64,000 nucleotides of DNA. Source: the human T2T-CHM13v2.0 reference genome, Homo sapiens. The DNA is taken from NCBI RefSeq assembly GCF_009914755.1, contig NC_060925.1, one strand, 5' to 3'. Position numbers and translations under genes: made by a program. This document shows positions 1-13,252 of this stretch, one piece after another. Positions within the stretch are counted from its first letter, which is position 1. Every line of letters begins with the position of its first letter. The notes beneath the pieces are model-generated. The model ran no database searches and was not told the origin of the DNA. It saw only the letters and a program-made list of their open reading frames with translations.

Positions 1-39
1 CATCACCTTCTCTAAGATTCTTTCCTAGCAGACTAGGGA

Positions 40-390
40 AAGATTCTCCAGCTAACTTTGAAAAAGTCAGCTGTCATGTTTTGAGAAGGCTATGTGGCTG
101 GGAGCTGAGGGTGGCCTCTAGGAGCTGAGAGCAAGTCCTGGCCAATAGTCAGCAAGAAAGCAGGGACCTCAGTCCTACAACTACAAGGAACCGAACTCTT
201 CCAACAACCTGAATAAGCTTAGAAGATGAACTGAGCTCCAGATGAGAATACAGCCTGGCCAACACATTGACTTCAGCCTGGAGACACCCAAGTAGAGAAC
301 CCAGCTATGCTGTGCTCAGACTTCTAACCTATGGAAACTGTGAGAGAGCAGTGAGTGTTATTGTATGGTAATGTGTCATGCAGCGATAGA
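40..390 (+). mobile_element. MLT1 (ERVL-MaLR) LTR fragment, MLT1E/F-like
   Basis: MLT1-type motifs ggcctctaggagctgagagc...cagcaagaaagcagggacctcagtcctacaac...cagacttctaacctatggaaactgtgaga; boundaries approximate. Confidence 0.75.
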
Positions 391-1722
391 GAAGGAAGGC
401 AAGATACATCCCGCTGTGTAGGCTGCTCAATCAGCTGGCTCAACAAACCCTGCATCAGAGCACTTTTCCAAGCTGCAGCCAGGAGATATTTTCAAAACAG
501 GAAACACCCCTACTGCCATTCACAGCTGCTTAAACGTCTTGGTGGCTTTCCTTGGCACCTGGGATAAAGACTGGGAAACTCCTCTTGGCCTACACAGTCT
601 CATATCTCAGCTTCCCTCCCCTTTCCCACCACACTGGCCTCCTCTTAGCGTGTGGTGTCCTCCAAATGCCTCCACCTTTCGGGACTGTTTCCCCTCCTCC
701 TCCTCACCTGCAATTCCTCCTTTCAAATATGACATCCCCTCCAGCTTTTGACTGCTTTTGTTTGCTCTCCAATGCCTTCCAATAACTATTTTAAAAGGTT
801 TTCCAAACATTTATCACTGTTGTCTACAAGAAAGGTAGTTTGATACAAGATCCTCCCTTTTCATCTAAATTCATCATACGGTTCTAAAACACTTACATTT
901 AGCTATTCTCATTTAGTCCTCATAAAACATTACTAAGATGACCAAAATGAGTTAATTCTCTCAAGAGATAATTTACTTTCTCCCTTTCTGTATTCCAGGT
1001 GTTATGCTAGGCAGTGTTAGGTAGGGAACAAATCAGTGGGAAACAAGTCAGGTCCAGTCTCTAGCTTCACAGAGTTTATGATCTAACACAAGAGTCATTC
1101 GTTAAATGAATATAGTGAATTTTAGAGAGACCAAGGGCCTCATGCCAGGGCCCACAGCGGAGTAAGTAGCAGAAGTGAGATTTAACACCAGAGCTCGGGC
1201 TTCTGCATCAGTGCACACAACACAGAGTATTTTTCATGAGGCTACCCCATAAAAGCTAGACCATTCATTCATTCATTTAAAAAATATTCATTGAGTACTT
1301 TTACTCTACCAGGAACTGTTCTAAACACAGAAGATACAAAGAGGGCAAAAATAGAAATTCCTGCCCTCATTCTGCCCACATTCTAAACAGTTATTACTTT
1401 CTTAAGTCATATGTAAATAAGACCCTTAGTGTTATTTAGATATTCTTCAAAGACTGAATTTTGTGGAGCATGTGTTTTTTATTCACTATGGAGGCACATA
1501 ACACTATGAGCTTTGCTAAAATAGGTTGATACAAGGAATACAATTACAATAAAATGTTCTTTATGATAAAACCACTATCTGGTGAATGGGCCACAGAAAC
1601 AAGGCTTTGTCAATTTTTTAATGTCTATATTAACAAAACAAATGCAAAAAATAAGACCAAGATGAATATATTTTTATGAGTCCTTATTTACACAATAATC
1701 AGTCTCTTAAAATGACAACTGT

Positions 1723-2046
<324 letters not shown>

Positions 2047-3719
2047 TTATATATTATTTTCATAAGAAAAATCTGGGGAAAGGAAGAATGAGAGATGGGC
2101 ATAGAAAAACAAGGAGAAATAGGAGAGTTGAGTGACAATTTTTAGCAATTTCTTTTTCTATTATCAAGACATTTCATCTTCTATCGCCCATCTCTGCTCC
2201 AGGCATCTCAGCCACCTACAAAAAGACTCACTTCAACGCCCAGAGACTGCGTGTTGAATTTCATGATGAACTCAGATGGTTTCTTCCAAGCCTTTCCCTT
2301 CATTGTCACCTTGTGGCCCCGCCTATGCATATTGTCATTTAGCACAGATCAAAGCCTTACACTGAGAGGTTGGAGTCTTGGAGACAGTGAAATCTCAAAC
2401 GTCTGCCAGTGGGTAGATAAGGAGGTGGGGGCATCAGGGTGCATCCCTCAAATCACATCACATGTAACTATTTGGGGCAGGAAAGTTAAACCTCTCACTA
2501 CAACAAATTACTACCATAAAATATCAATGAACTTTCACAAGGAAAATCAGGGCAAGGTGATCTATGTCACTATGCATGTCTGTTTCCTCTAATGAAATTT
2601 TGACTGGTTCTTTTCATTTGCTAATGAACTTCAGAGACTCTCCATTCTACTTTATCTCTAGGTCTTAACATTGAAAATAGTGTAATCATTTTAATAAAAT
2701 GTTATCATTCCAGACCTATTTTAATATTTTATAGCATGATTCATTAATTCATCCAATATTTATTGTATATTTACTGCATGCTCTAGGAAATACAAAGATG
2801 AACTTAAGATCTAGTGTACTGGGAGAGTTTGCCAAACTTGTAATTCTGATCTACTATCATTGGCTGTAGAGCTGAATGTCACACAGGGTTGAGTTTCATA
2901 ATACAGGGTTATGATAGAGGATACTTAACGAGAGATGCAGGGATCGTTGGGAGAGCTCAGTTTACTACAGTAGCCCTAGAGCTGACATATAGTGATCACG
3001 CAATCAACATTCATTATGTAAATAAGCAACCAGAAGAGAGACACGTGAGAAAGATCTTGGAAGTATTGTTTTAATAAATAGATCAGGAAGCTGGGTAGAA
3101 GAAATGGCACATACAGAGATGCAGAAGGAAAAAGCTGAGCAATGCGCTTGAGCAACTAGCTGCCATGCACGTACAGAAGGGCTGACCCCAAACCACCTCT
3201 CCAGCACCGTGTCTCCTAGTTGTCTTGTGACCATTTCTTTGCTCCATAAACCTCCTTCTCCTCCATACTTTATTATTCAAACAATGCTTTCACTCATATC
3301 TGTGAGCCAGGCTTGAGATCACGGGCCCTTTCCCTCCCTTGACACCTGCTCAGAACAGAGCCTGAATAATATACTCCTGAAGTTCTTCTTGGTATCCATC
3401 TCATCCTCCTAAAACTTTCCTTCAAAAAACACTGAAAGTTCTCATTACCACCAGTCTTGTTTGAGATCCATCTTTTCTCGCTGGATGTATGAAAGGCCTT
3501 CTTAATTTCTCTTCTTACATCCAAAGTTTCCCCATAAGGCATGCTCAGTACAACTCCCAGACCAGTTCTCTTGAAGCAGAGCCCTGGTACTGACATGTTA
3601 ACATTCAAGAATATTTAATGTTTCCCAATTATATGAGGATTAAAGTCAAGGCTGTGAGTCCAGCAGAAGCTCATGGACATTATGACAGAATTTGAACCAT
3701 TATAGGAATTTCTTCAGGT

Positions 3720-3850
3720 GATTCACATAGTTAAAATTATATTTTGAAAGTATCCTGTGAAATAAAAAATGGAAGTTAAGGCAAGCATGCAGGTAGGAAA
3801 ATGACTTTGGAGGCTTGAGAAAACCAGGCTAGAGGTGATAATATTCTATA

Positions 3851-3899
<49 letters not shown>

Positions 3900-4230
3900 G
3901 TGGAGGTAGAGAGAAGTAGATAAGTAGGAGAGCTATTCAAAAGTGGGACTGACTGCTCTTAGTGATGGGTTGAATATGGGGGGAAAGGAATTGGGGGTAG
4001 GGATGCTGCCCAGGTTTCTAAGTAGACGACAGTTTGCCAAGATAACAAAAAAAAAAAAAAAAAAAAAAAAAAGACAAAAGAAGAATCAGCTCTGCTTGGA
4101 AGTGGATATGGACTGGGGATGAGGAAGAATGTTGAAGTCAGTTTTGGGCATGTTGAATTTAGGACGAGTGGGTGGAGATGTCCGGGGCCACTGCCTTTGT
4201 AAGACAGGGAGCTCAGAAGATATGTTTGAG
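3720..4230 (-). mobile_element. L2 fragment interrupted by (CA)n and an A-tract
   Basis: L2-type purine-rich motifs (gtggaggtagagagaagtaga, gctgcccaggtttct, cagttttgggcatgttgaattt); boundaries approximate. Confidence 0.55.
3852..3897. repeat. (CA)n microsatellite, about 23 units
   Basis: Read directly from the sequence. Confidence 0.97.
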
Positions 4231-4244
4231 CCTGTACGAATTAA

Positions 4245-4650
4245 CATTTGTTGTGTGACAAGCCACCCCAGAAGTCAGTTTTATTATTGCTCTTAACTTC
4301 AAGTCATCTAGGTGTTTCTGTGGATCTGGACCAGGCTGGCTAATCTGGGCTAAGCTAGTTTATGAACTTACCAGTTAACTGATGGATCGCCAGAGGACCA
4401 GGTGTTTTCAGAGGGCCTTGTAGACACGGTGAAGGAGGCGTCTTTGATCATCAGTTCAGCCCAGTTTACTGGGCTAGGATAAGGGGTTCCAAGATCAAAA
4501 GCATATGTGTGCAAAATATCTTGAGGTCCAAGCTCAGGACTGGCACAGCATCACTTCTGCATTTTGTTCTCCAAAGCAAGTCCCAAAGGCAGCCAGACTC
4601 AATGGTTGGAGAAATCAACTCCACCGCTTGACAGGAGGAGCAACAAATAT
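4245..4650 (-). mobile_element. MLT1 (F/G/H-like) LTR
   Basis: tgtgtgacaagccacccc...gactggcacagcatcacttctgcattttgttctccaaagcaagtc matches the antisense MLT1 pattern. Confidence 0.6.
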
Positions 4651-4916
4651 TTCTGGCCAGGCTTTGCAATGTACCACAGAGCTGAAGAACAGATATGGAA
4701 GTCATCAAAATATCAATAACAGGTGTAGGTACAATTTCCCAGGGAAATGAGTAGGGTGAGAAGAGAACCCAGAGCAGAATGTGGAACCCCAAGGTACACT
4801 ATGACACAGATTGTAGAAGATTCCATGAAATAAACAGAAGTAGCACCCAGGGATATAGGAGGTAACTAGAAGATGGCTGAGTCATAGCAAAGAAAATGAT
4901 GTTTTAAGAAGGAAAG

Positions 4917-5312
4917 TGTTATGGTTCGAATGTGGTTTGTCCCCTCCAAAACTTAAGTTAAAATTTAATTGTCAATGTAACCACATTGGGAGGTGAGGCC
5001 TTCAAGAAGTGATTAGGCCAGTAAGAAGAATTAATGTCTTTCTCACAAGACCAGGTTAGTTCTCCAGAGAGCAGGTTTTTTATAAAGCGAGGTCATGCCT
5101 CATGTTTTGTCCTTTTTACATGTACACTTCCTGTTTTGCCTCTCTGCCACATTGTGATGCTATACAAGACCCTCACCAGAAGTGGACCAGATGCAGCTGT
5201 CTGATCTTGCACTTCCCAGCCTCCAGAATCTAGAGCCAAATGAACCTCTTTCTTTATAAATTACCCAGTCTCACGCATTCTGTTATAGCAACATAAAACA
5301 AAGACTGAAGGT
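4917..5312 (+). mobile_element. MST (MSTB/MSTC-like) MaLR solo LTR
   Basis: Starts tgttatggttcgaatgtggtttgtcccctccaaaac and ends ataaattacccagtctc...tgttatagcaaca. Confidence 0.85.
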
Positions 5313-5488
5313 ATGTAATATAATGCCAAGAGAAAAGTACTAATCAGGCCAAGCACAGTTTCAGCAAGGTTTTTAAAAAAAAAAAACCCTAATATCTGAA
5401 TAATGCTTATGTAGCTTGATAACATTTAGAAATTAATTTCTGGGGTTTCTCCAGATATTTTCTCTTTTTCTTTCTGCTGTACTACTAC

Positions 5489-6131
5489 TGTGTCCATAAT
5501 TGGTTCCTTCCTGTGGGTTCTTGGTCTCGCTGACTTAAAAATGAAGCTGCAGACCCTCGCGGTGAGTGTTACAGTTCTTAAAGATGGTGTGTCTAGAGTT
5601 TGTTCCTTCAGATATTCAAATGTGTCCGACGTTTCTTCCTTCTGGTGGGTTCACGGTCTCTCTGACGTCAGGAATGAAGCCGCAGACCTTCACAGTGAGT
5701 GTTACAGCTCTTAAAGGTGGCACATCCGGAGTTGTTTGTTTCTCCAGGTGGGTTCGTGGTCTCGCTGACTTCAGGAGTGAAGCCGCAGGTCTTGGCAGTA
5801 TTACAGCTCATAAAGGTAGTGCAGACCCAAAAAGTGAGCAGCAGCAAGATTTATTGTGAAGAGCAAAAGAACAAACCTTCCACAGCACAGAAGTCGACCC
5901 GAGTGGGTTGCCACAGCTGGCCAGGGGTGGCCAGCTTTTATTCCCTTATTTGGCCCCACCCACATCTTGCTGATTGGTCCATTTTACAGAGCGCTGATCG
6001 GTCCATTTTACAGAGTGCTGATTGGTCCATTTTTACAGAGCACTGATTGATGTGTTTACAATCCTTTAGCTAGACAGAAAAGTTCTGCAAGTCCCCACCT
6101 GACCCAGAAGCCCATCCGGCTTCACCTCTCA
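5489..6131 (-). mobile_element. LTR12 (ERV9) solo LTR
   Basis: TG...CA termini; repeated gaagccgcagacc...gtgagtgttacagctc units and tandem gctgattggtccatttt units; 4-bp TSD ctac at 5485-5488 and 6132-6135. Confidence 0.93.
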
Positions 6132-6799
6132 CTACTACTGGGGTCTTTCTGCCCTCCCCAGCCACTTAAACAGGAAGAAAGCTCAATGCTTTATTGCTTC
6201 ATGGGTGGTCTGTGGCAGGCTGGAGGGCTCACTATGCTTGCAAGATGTCTTCATCTTGTTTTCAATAGGCTAAGCTCAGAGGAGAAAACAAGATTGGCAG
6301 AGCAATAGAAGAGAACCAGGACTTGGAAGAAGCAGGAGGCAGAGAGGTGCTTGATCCTGATTTTAATAAAAAAGAGAGAGAGATTTCCCAAGACTAGAGA
6401 GGAGTGAGGCATGTGGATGACAGAACAATGATATGCCCACCTTCTGCCTTCCAGGGGGTGACACCTCAAAGAAAGAATTGGCAAAAATGGGATCATAAGG
6501 ACAGTGGTTCCCGGCTTCTCCCAAGATTCTATATTCAAAAAGGAACCTGACCTTGAGAGCAGAGGGTGGGAAGGACAATGGCTCCACCAGCAGTTACTTG
6601 GCTGAGCAGATGGTAATGACCAGGGGCCACCATCAGCGCATTGGCTCATCATGTGGGCTCAGAACCTTAAAAAGACCCTGAGGGACTTTATGTCCCAAAT
6701 AGAGTATGTGAGATGGAATTACAAACTACTGAGAGGCTAATTTATTCACAAATAAAGAAATGTGCTATTTCGCATACACCTGGATTTGTGGAGTGAGAG

Positions 6800-7040
6800 T
6801 CACCTTTGCCATGTCCACTATGTACAAGGCAATGTGTTAATGTTTTCAGTTCACTATCTTATTGAATCTTCCCAGCAGTACTGTAAATTCTGTTCTATAA
6901 TTATTCTGACTCCATAGATAAGGAAACTGAAGAGCAGAAAAATCAAGTAAGTTTTTATGGGCTCAAACTAAAACATGGGAGAGCATGAAGTTGAACCCAG
7001 ATAAGCTAATGTCAGATCCCTGTTTCTCAACCACCATGCC
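6800..7040 (-). mobile_element. MIR
   Basis: MIR core atagataaggaaactgaag...gttgaacccaga. Confidence 0.6.
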
Positions 7041-7323
7041 ATTCTGGTCCTGATGATTTAAAGCCTTTATCCAAATAATGCAGGCAAAATAAGAGGAAAT
7101 AATAACCAAAATTCATATGTGCACACACACACACACACACACGAACACACACAAAACTTCAGTAATTGTACTATCCTCTTTTTTTCTGGAATTTGGTGGG
7201 ATGTTTCTGTACCTCCTAGGAAATGGCCCAGTCCACCGTTTGTCTTGACCTGGCCTAGAAAGAGGTAACCAGGGAAATGACAACAATAATAATGGCAGAC
7301 TTGCAGGTAAAAGAAGGTGTAAC

Positions 7324-7592
7324 AATCCCAGCACTTTGGGAGGCCGAGGCGGGAGGATCATGAGATCAGGAGATCGAGACCATCCTGGCTAACACAGTGA
7401 AAGACCATCTCTACTAAAACTACAAAAATTAGCCGAGCATTATGGCACGTGCCTGTAGTCCCAGCTACTCAGGAGGCTGAGGCAGGAGAATCACTTGAAT
7501 CCAGGAGTTGGAGGTTGCAGTGAGCTGAGATTGCACCACTGCACTACAGCCTGGACAACAGAGTGAGACTCCGACTCAGAAAAAAAAAAAAA
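7324..7592 (+). mobile_element. Slightly 5'-truncated Alu (AluY/Sc-like)
   Basis: Begins at aatcccagcactttggg; poly(A); imperfect TSD aaaagaaggt(g/c)taaca. Confidence 0.93.
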
Positions 7593-7754
7593 AAAAGAAG
7601 GTCTAACAAGGAAAACAATGAGAAATGATCACTCATTTCCTCTGCTAATACTTAGGAATAGGTTAATGGCAGTCAGTTGGAATCTCTTTTAGTGAATAAG
7701 AAAATAATGGAAAGGAGTAAAGGAAAAGAGTGCAGGATAAAAAAGAATAATGAA

Positions 7755-8058
7755 GGCCGGGCCTGGTGGCTCACGCCTGTAATCCTAGCAGTTTGGGAGG
7801 CCAAGGTGGGTGGATTGCCTGAGCTCAGGAGTTCCAGACCAGCCTGGGCAACACAGTGAAACCCTGTCTCTACTAAAATACAAAAAATTAGCCAGGCATG
7901 GTGGTGTGTGCCTGTAGTCCTAGCTACTCGGGAGGCTGAGGCAGGAGAATTGTTGAACCTGGGAGGGGAGGTTGCAGTGAGCTATAATTGCGCCACTGCA
8001 CTCCAGCCCAGCCTGGATGACAGAGCAAGACTCTGTCTCTAAAACAAAAAAAGAAGAA
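7755..8058 (+). mobile_element. Full-length Alu (AluS/J-like)
   Basis: Complete dimer with A/(GAA)n tail; imperfect TSD aagaa(t/g)aatgaa. Confidence 0.93.
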
Positions 8059-9134
8059 GAAGAAGAATGAAAATAAAGGTAGAGCAGAAAGGGTGAAAAA
8101 GAATTGGTGGAGAAGATAAAGCCCAGAGGGTGAACAAAAAGCAAAGGGCAGACTGCAAGGATCGGACTATGCTTCCCAGCCATCTAGCCCTAGGAAATCC
8201 TATTAGACAGCAAAAAATGAGATTATTGTATTTTTACTTTGCCACAGTATGCAAATGACTCCATTTAGCTGTTAAACATGTTGTTATTGAATTCTGAGAA
8301 ATTCCCTTCATAAGATGTAATATTTTTGTGACAATATTGTCAGCAATGCCAGATTGCTTTTCTATTTTGGTTAAGCTTTTATCTGAGTCTAGTATATGTC
8401 ATCTACTCCCAGATTCCAAATAATTGCTTTTATGCAATTTTTGTGTAAGCAAGAAATAATAACATGCTTAGAAATGTGAGAAATGTGTTAACCTTCCCAT
8501 TATTTTTCAGGGCCCAGGAGAATTAGAGGGTGGGCCACAATAGGGAATGTAATTATTTCTCATGATGAATTTTTATGTATGTTAATATCCTTGAGAGCCC
8601 ACATATCTGTTATTAACCACATTCATTTGTTTTGTTCCAGTCTTTGTGTCCCATGTTTTTAGTCCTACTTTTAGAGGCTTTTTGCATAACTGACAAAGAC
8701 TTTTAAAACCTGTAAACAAAGGATTGTGAAATCACATTTTCTATCTCTGACACATTTATTCTTTCTTGGTGGCATCACTGTAATTCTGACTATAATTTAA
8801 AAAGAAACTGGACCCTCAAGACATCTTTGCAATCCCTGACACTATCATGACAATGCTTGTGGTTTCTGTAAATTTTTATTGATTTAGATGACTTTTCTGA
8901 TAGAGAAAACTTCTCACCCATCCAGGATCAATCAGTGAGAAATAAAGAGGGAAGCAAATATGATAAATGTTTTGCATGATTCATTAGTCACAAAGCACAT
9001 CTGCCCAGATCAGAACCATTTCACAGTCTGCTATATCTAGCTACTGAGTCCTGGACAATGACTACTGGGTTAGAAACAATAGTGACTTTCTTAAGAATAA
9101 GAAAGTCTAGTCATCTAATCAGCAACAACAGTAG

Positions 9135-9600
9135 TGTGATGGTTAATTTTATGTGTCAACTTGGCTAGCCCTAGTTGGTACCTGGTCAATCATTATCTGG
9201 TGGTATCTGGTCAATCATTATCTATGTGTTACTGTGAAGGTATTTTTTAGATGTGATTAACACTAAATCAGTAGACTTTGAGTAAAGCAGTTACCCTCCA
9301 TAATGTGGATGGACCTAATCCAATCAGTTGAAGGTCTTAATGGAAAAAAGACTCACTTCCCCCCAGGAATTTTGCCAGCCTTTGGACTGGAACTGCAACA
9401 TCAACTCTTCCCTAGGTCTCCGGCCTTCAGATCTACCCTGAAGATTTTGGACTTGCCGGCCTCCACAATCTCTGTCAATCATTCTCTCTTTCTCTCTTTC
9501 TATGAGTGTGTGTGTGTTTATGTGTATTTAAAAATCAAAATAATATAGAAATATGCACACATACATCCTATTGATTCTGCTTCTCTGATGAACTCTGTGA
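9135..9600 (+). mobile_element. MLT2B-like (ERVL) solo LTR
   Basis: Starts tgtgatggttaattttatgtgtcaacttggctag and ends cctattgattctgcttctctgatgaactctg. Confidence 0.85.
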
Positions 9601-9993
9601 TTGCTATAGGTAGGTAGCTAGGACCTACTTCCCAATTATTAACCTTCAATTGGCCAGGCTTTTTCTACCCTAGCTGGCTCATTGCTGGTAACAAGGTTTA
9701 GCCAGACAACCAAAGAGTAGATGGAGAAACCACATTCTAACACCATTTTCCTGATTAACAGAGATTAACAGGTTCTTTACTTTCACATCAATAGAGATGC
9801 CTAGGTAAATGAAGATCTCCAAGGAGTCACTTAAGATAACTCTTGTTATAAGTAAGACCACTCTGGAACACCCCACAAGCATCCATTTTAAAGATTTTCA
9901 GCAGAACGGATGACCTCAAATCAGACAGAAACATTGAGGCAAATAAGGACCGACAAAGGCCTCTAGATTGATATAAACTAAGTCATTGGAGGA

Positions 9994-10210
9994 TGTATCA
10001 GTTAGTTTTTGCTGTGTAACAAACCACCCCAAAATGTAGGAACTTAAGTTTTTTATTATTATTCCCAAGTCTATGGGTTCACTGGGCAGTTTTGCAGTTA
10101 GCCATTGGGTTGGCTGGGTGCTCTTGGTCTGAGATTGGTTACCAAATGTCTAGTAGTTGATGCTGGCTGCCCATTGCTCTCCAGGGTGCCTGGGCCACAA
10201 GTCTCTCACC
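9994..10210 (-). mobile_element. MLT1 LTR fragment
   Basis: tgtatcagttagtttttgctgtgtaacaaaccaccccaaaat is a typical antisense MLT1 end. Confidence 0.6.
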
Positions 10211-10737
10211 ATCCAAACACCAAGGGCTTTGTAAAGGTTTTGCTTTCTTTCAGCCAAAGTATTCAATGTTTGCATGCAAGGGAAAAAATATCACCTAAAT
10301 CCCAAGCACACACATTGTTTTATGCCAGCTGATCTGATGGAGAGGGAGCAAAGGTCTCTTCTGTTTCCTTAGGCCATGGATTTAAAATAAATCAGGCAAT
10401 ACAGAATGCTCCTTTGTACTTGGTAAATTATTTATAATGGCAATTGACTAGAAAATATAGCCACAGACTTGGAAATAATAATTTTAAAAAGAGTTTATGT
10501 GACTCTATTAGGGAAATGGTGTGCTAATCCAGGTTTTGTTATCATTTCAGCCTGATGGTAGATTGTCCATGAAATCTTTCTAGATTCATGGAGGGAGAAG
10601 CTTTGAGGAAATGAATTCAGGAATCTAACGCAAAGAAAAGAAAGCGGCATAAACTTTCCCCCACCCCAGACCTGACATGAAACCCTAGGCGATCCCTCCT
10701 TCTCAAATGTTCATACCATGTGCCCTGAGTTATTTAC

Positions 10738-11250
10738 CTAACAATGGTCATTCTTCTAATAACAGATCCTGGGATTCCTGAAACCATGCTTTCTCTCAGT
10801 GCTGTTGTCTCTGGGCACATACGCTGTTGAGATGGCGACATCACACACCCTTGAAATAGCAGTTGCACAAAGCAAACGTTTGCCCCAAGCATGTCAGACT
10901 TTTGACAGGCTGCAACATGATAAGTTACCAGACGTGTTCCCACAGGAGCCTGCGTGAATTGATTGCAACCAGATTCACCCGATGACAAGTGACAGACAGC
11001 GGATAATGCAGGGAGGTCAGGTGGGCTGCCAGGCCCAGGGCCAATTGCTCCCTGGAGCCCATCAACAAGGGACAGGACTCGGCAGGACCAGGCCGGCAGC
11101 CATCCTGGTTGGCTTCCAGCGGGTCCAAGGAGAAATTGCAGCTGGCAGAAGCGCAGACTCCTGGTGCCACTCCAACACAGTGAGGGTAGAGGAAGGTGAG
11201 AGGAGGGTGTTACTCTTTAAAAGAACTCAGATTGCATATGAAATGCATCT
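10738..11250 (-). promoter_or_regulatory. Candidate promoter plus first exon of a minus-strand transcript (gene not identified)
   Basis: Unique DNA with retained CpGs. On the - strand: POU/octamer-like ATGCATTTCATATGCAAT, then TTTTAAA (11222-11216), pyrimidine-rich Inr-like sequence, and a donor TAG|gtaaat at 10738/10737. Confidence 0.35.
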
Positions 11251-11739
11251 CTTTCTTCTTGCTTTTGATCCCAAAATGAAAAGAGCTTAATCTCCTATCT
11301 GAAAAGAAGCTTTTCCTATGCTCTGCTGACATGAACAAACCATCAATCATTGCCTGGATTTCCTGAACCTCTCAGTACAGAGGCTTCCAGGCCAAGAAGG
11401 GTTGAGAAAGGCCTCCTTCCAGCTGAGGACAGTGAAGTGTGGTAGGAAGCAGGAGTCTCCCAGAAAGGGCATACCCTGTCTGATCCCTCCCTCTGACAAC
11501 CTGCTCCACAAAATGATGTGGGGAGAGAGGGGTCATGGCTCAGACTCTGGGAAAACAGTGGCTTAGAAATTGATAAGTATTCAGACTGGACTTGGTTCCG
11601 AAACTGATTAAGCCAAACATCCTTTTCCCAGCTCTTCTGACTTCTCACTGCTGTTTCAAAGACCGCTCTTGGCACAGCAATGGGCAATTTCTCTCTTGTA
11701 AAACAGACCATAAAAAATGAAAGCACCAGATTTAAGGGG

Positions 11740-11846
11740 CACACAAACATGCACACACACACACACAAACACACACACATGCACACATATAAATACACAC
11801 ACATGCATGCATAAATACATACACATGCATGCATACAAATACACAC
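11740..11846. repeat. Degenerate (CA)/(CATG) repeat
   Basis: Read directly from the sequence. Confidence 0.9.
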
Positions 11847-11912
11847 AAAACCACAGCTAAAATCCTTTGTAATCCCAACCCAGCTATTTAAGTCATTCAG
11901 AACCTGGCTTGG

Positions 11913-11916
<4 letters not shown>

Positions 11917-11956
<40 letters not shown>
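11917..11956. repeat. (GA)n microsatellite, about 20 units
   Basis: Read directly from the sequence. Confidence 0.97.
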
Positions 11957-11961
<5 letters not shown>

Positions 11962-12989
11962 AAGTAGAAAGGTCTGAATAGGTTGAGTTACTCAGCATTC
12001 TGAATTTCAAAGCAACCTCTTACTTCCCAGGCTCCTGTCAATGTGCTGACACCGTGTATAATTTCAGACCTAAAACAGAGCTCTGTTCTTCTTTATCAGA
12101 CTTTGGCCCTAAAGGCAATTTTGTCACCTCCCAGTACCATAATAAATTTAATGGGTTGTTGAATTACCTTCATGTGCCTGGGGCTTTGGCAGCATAGCTG
12201 TCTATAGCTGTCTTTTTATAACTTTTTATAAGGATAAAGTGCTGACTCTTTGTCCTTAGACAAACTTCAGATTCCATTGTGATTGACTGGTGGAATCAAT
12301 GAGACATGAGATCAGGGAGTGGTTCTTGGGGTTCTTTTCCCTCTGAGAAAGCCATCTGACAGAAATAATCTTTGAGCCCCTAAAAGGTCAAGTTCCTATC
12401 AGACTCCTAATCTGGTCGACCCCTTGGGCTTGGCAGCAGAGTATGTAAGCAATGGCTGTGGCCAAGGTCTGAGCAGAATTGTGTTCCAGGTGGACAGTTC
12501 CTCCTTCCCCACCATGGTCTTCTGTCTCCACTTTCCAGTTGGGATGGGAGTAGCTTTAGCTTCTAGATCTGGAAGTTCATGTCGCCACCTTCTCTGGGCC
12601 ACACCCTACCTGCTGGCTGCCACACCCATGTGCATGTGCCCCCTCCTCCAGCCCCAGAACCCCAACCCTCACCTGTACCCCAAAACCCCATGCTCGTGGA
12701 GACCTCAGTTTTAGATGAGTGGGGCTGGCTTAATCAAGCTGTTGGAAAAATCCAAAGAGAAGGACTAGTGAAGTCTTTCTCAGCCAAAGGTTGATTTTGA
12801 AGGAATCAATACAATCATCAATATTTTCACAAGGCCACTTTATCCTCCTTTTGGGGATTCCTCCAGAATGATTGTTGTTATTCATCTGTGTAAAAAGCTT
12901 TTTTTATTCACAAGTTCTTTGCATTCAACATACACTAAATTCTTTTATTATTCAGAAGGGTCAGGAGATGGAGTCAAATATGCTGCTTT

Positions 12990-13155
12990 AATGGCTCTCA
13001 AACTCTGATGTCTATAAGAATCACCTGGGGAGCTTGACTCTAATTGAGATTGCTGTGCCGTGACCTTAAAAGTTCTTATTCAGAAGGTCTGAAATTGGAA
13101 TCGAGAATCTGCTTTTTTATAAGCTTGCCAGGAGATTCTGAGGTTGGTGGTCTAA
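12990..13155. mobile_element. MER5A/MER5B-like hAT-Charlie MITE
   Basis: ggctctcaaact...agaatcacctggggagctt...gagaatctgc...ccaggagattctgagg. Confidence 0.65.
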
Positions 13156-13252
13156 GTAGCATGGCTTTTGTTAATAGTTTACCATTTGCAGCTAGTCTAT
13201 TTTGACAGAATTATAATGCTTTCAAAATGGTCAAGGAAACCTAATAGAAGTA

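Noticed and set aside
4047-4072. Isolated poly(A) as an orphan retroposition tail
   Set aside because: No convincing TSD; more simply an expanded A-run inside an L2 relic.
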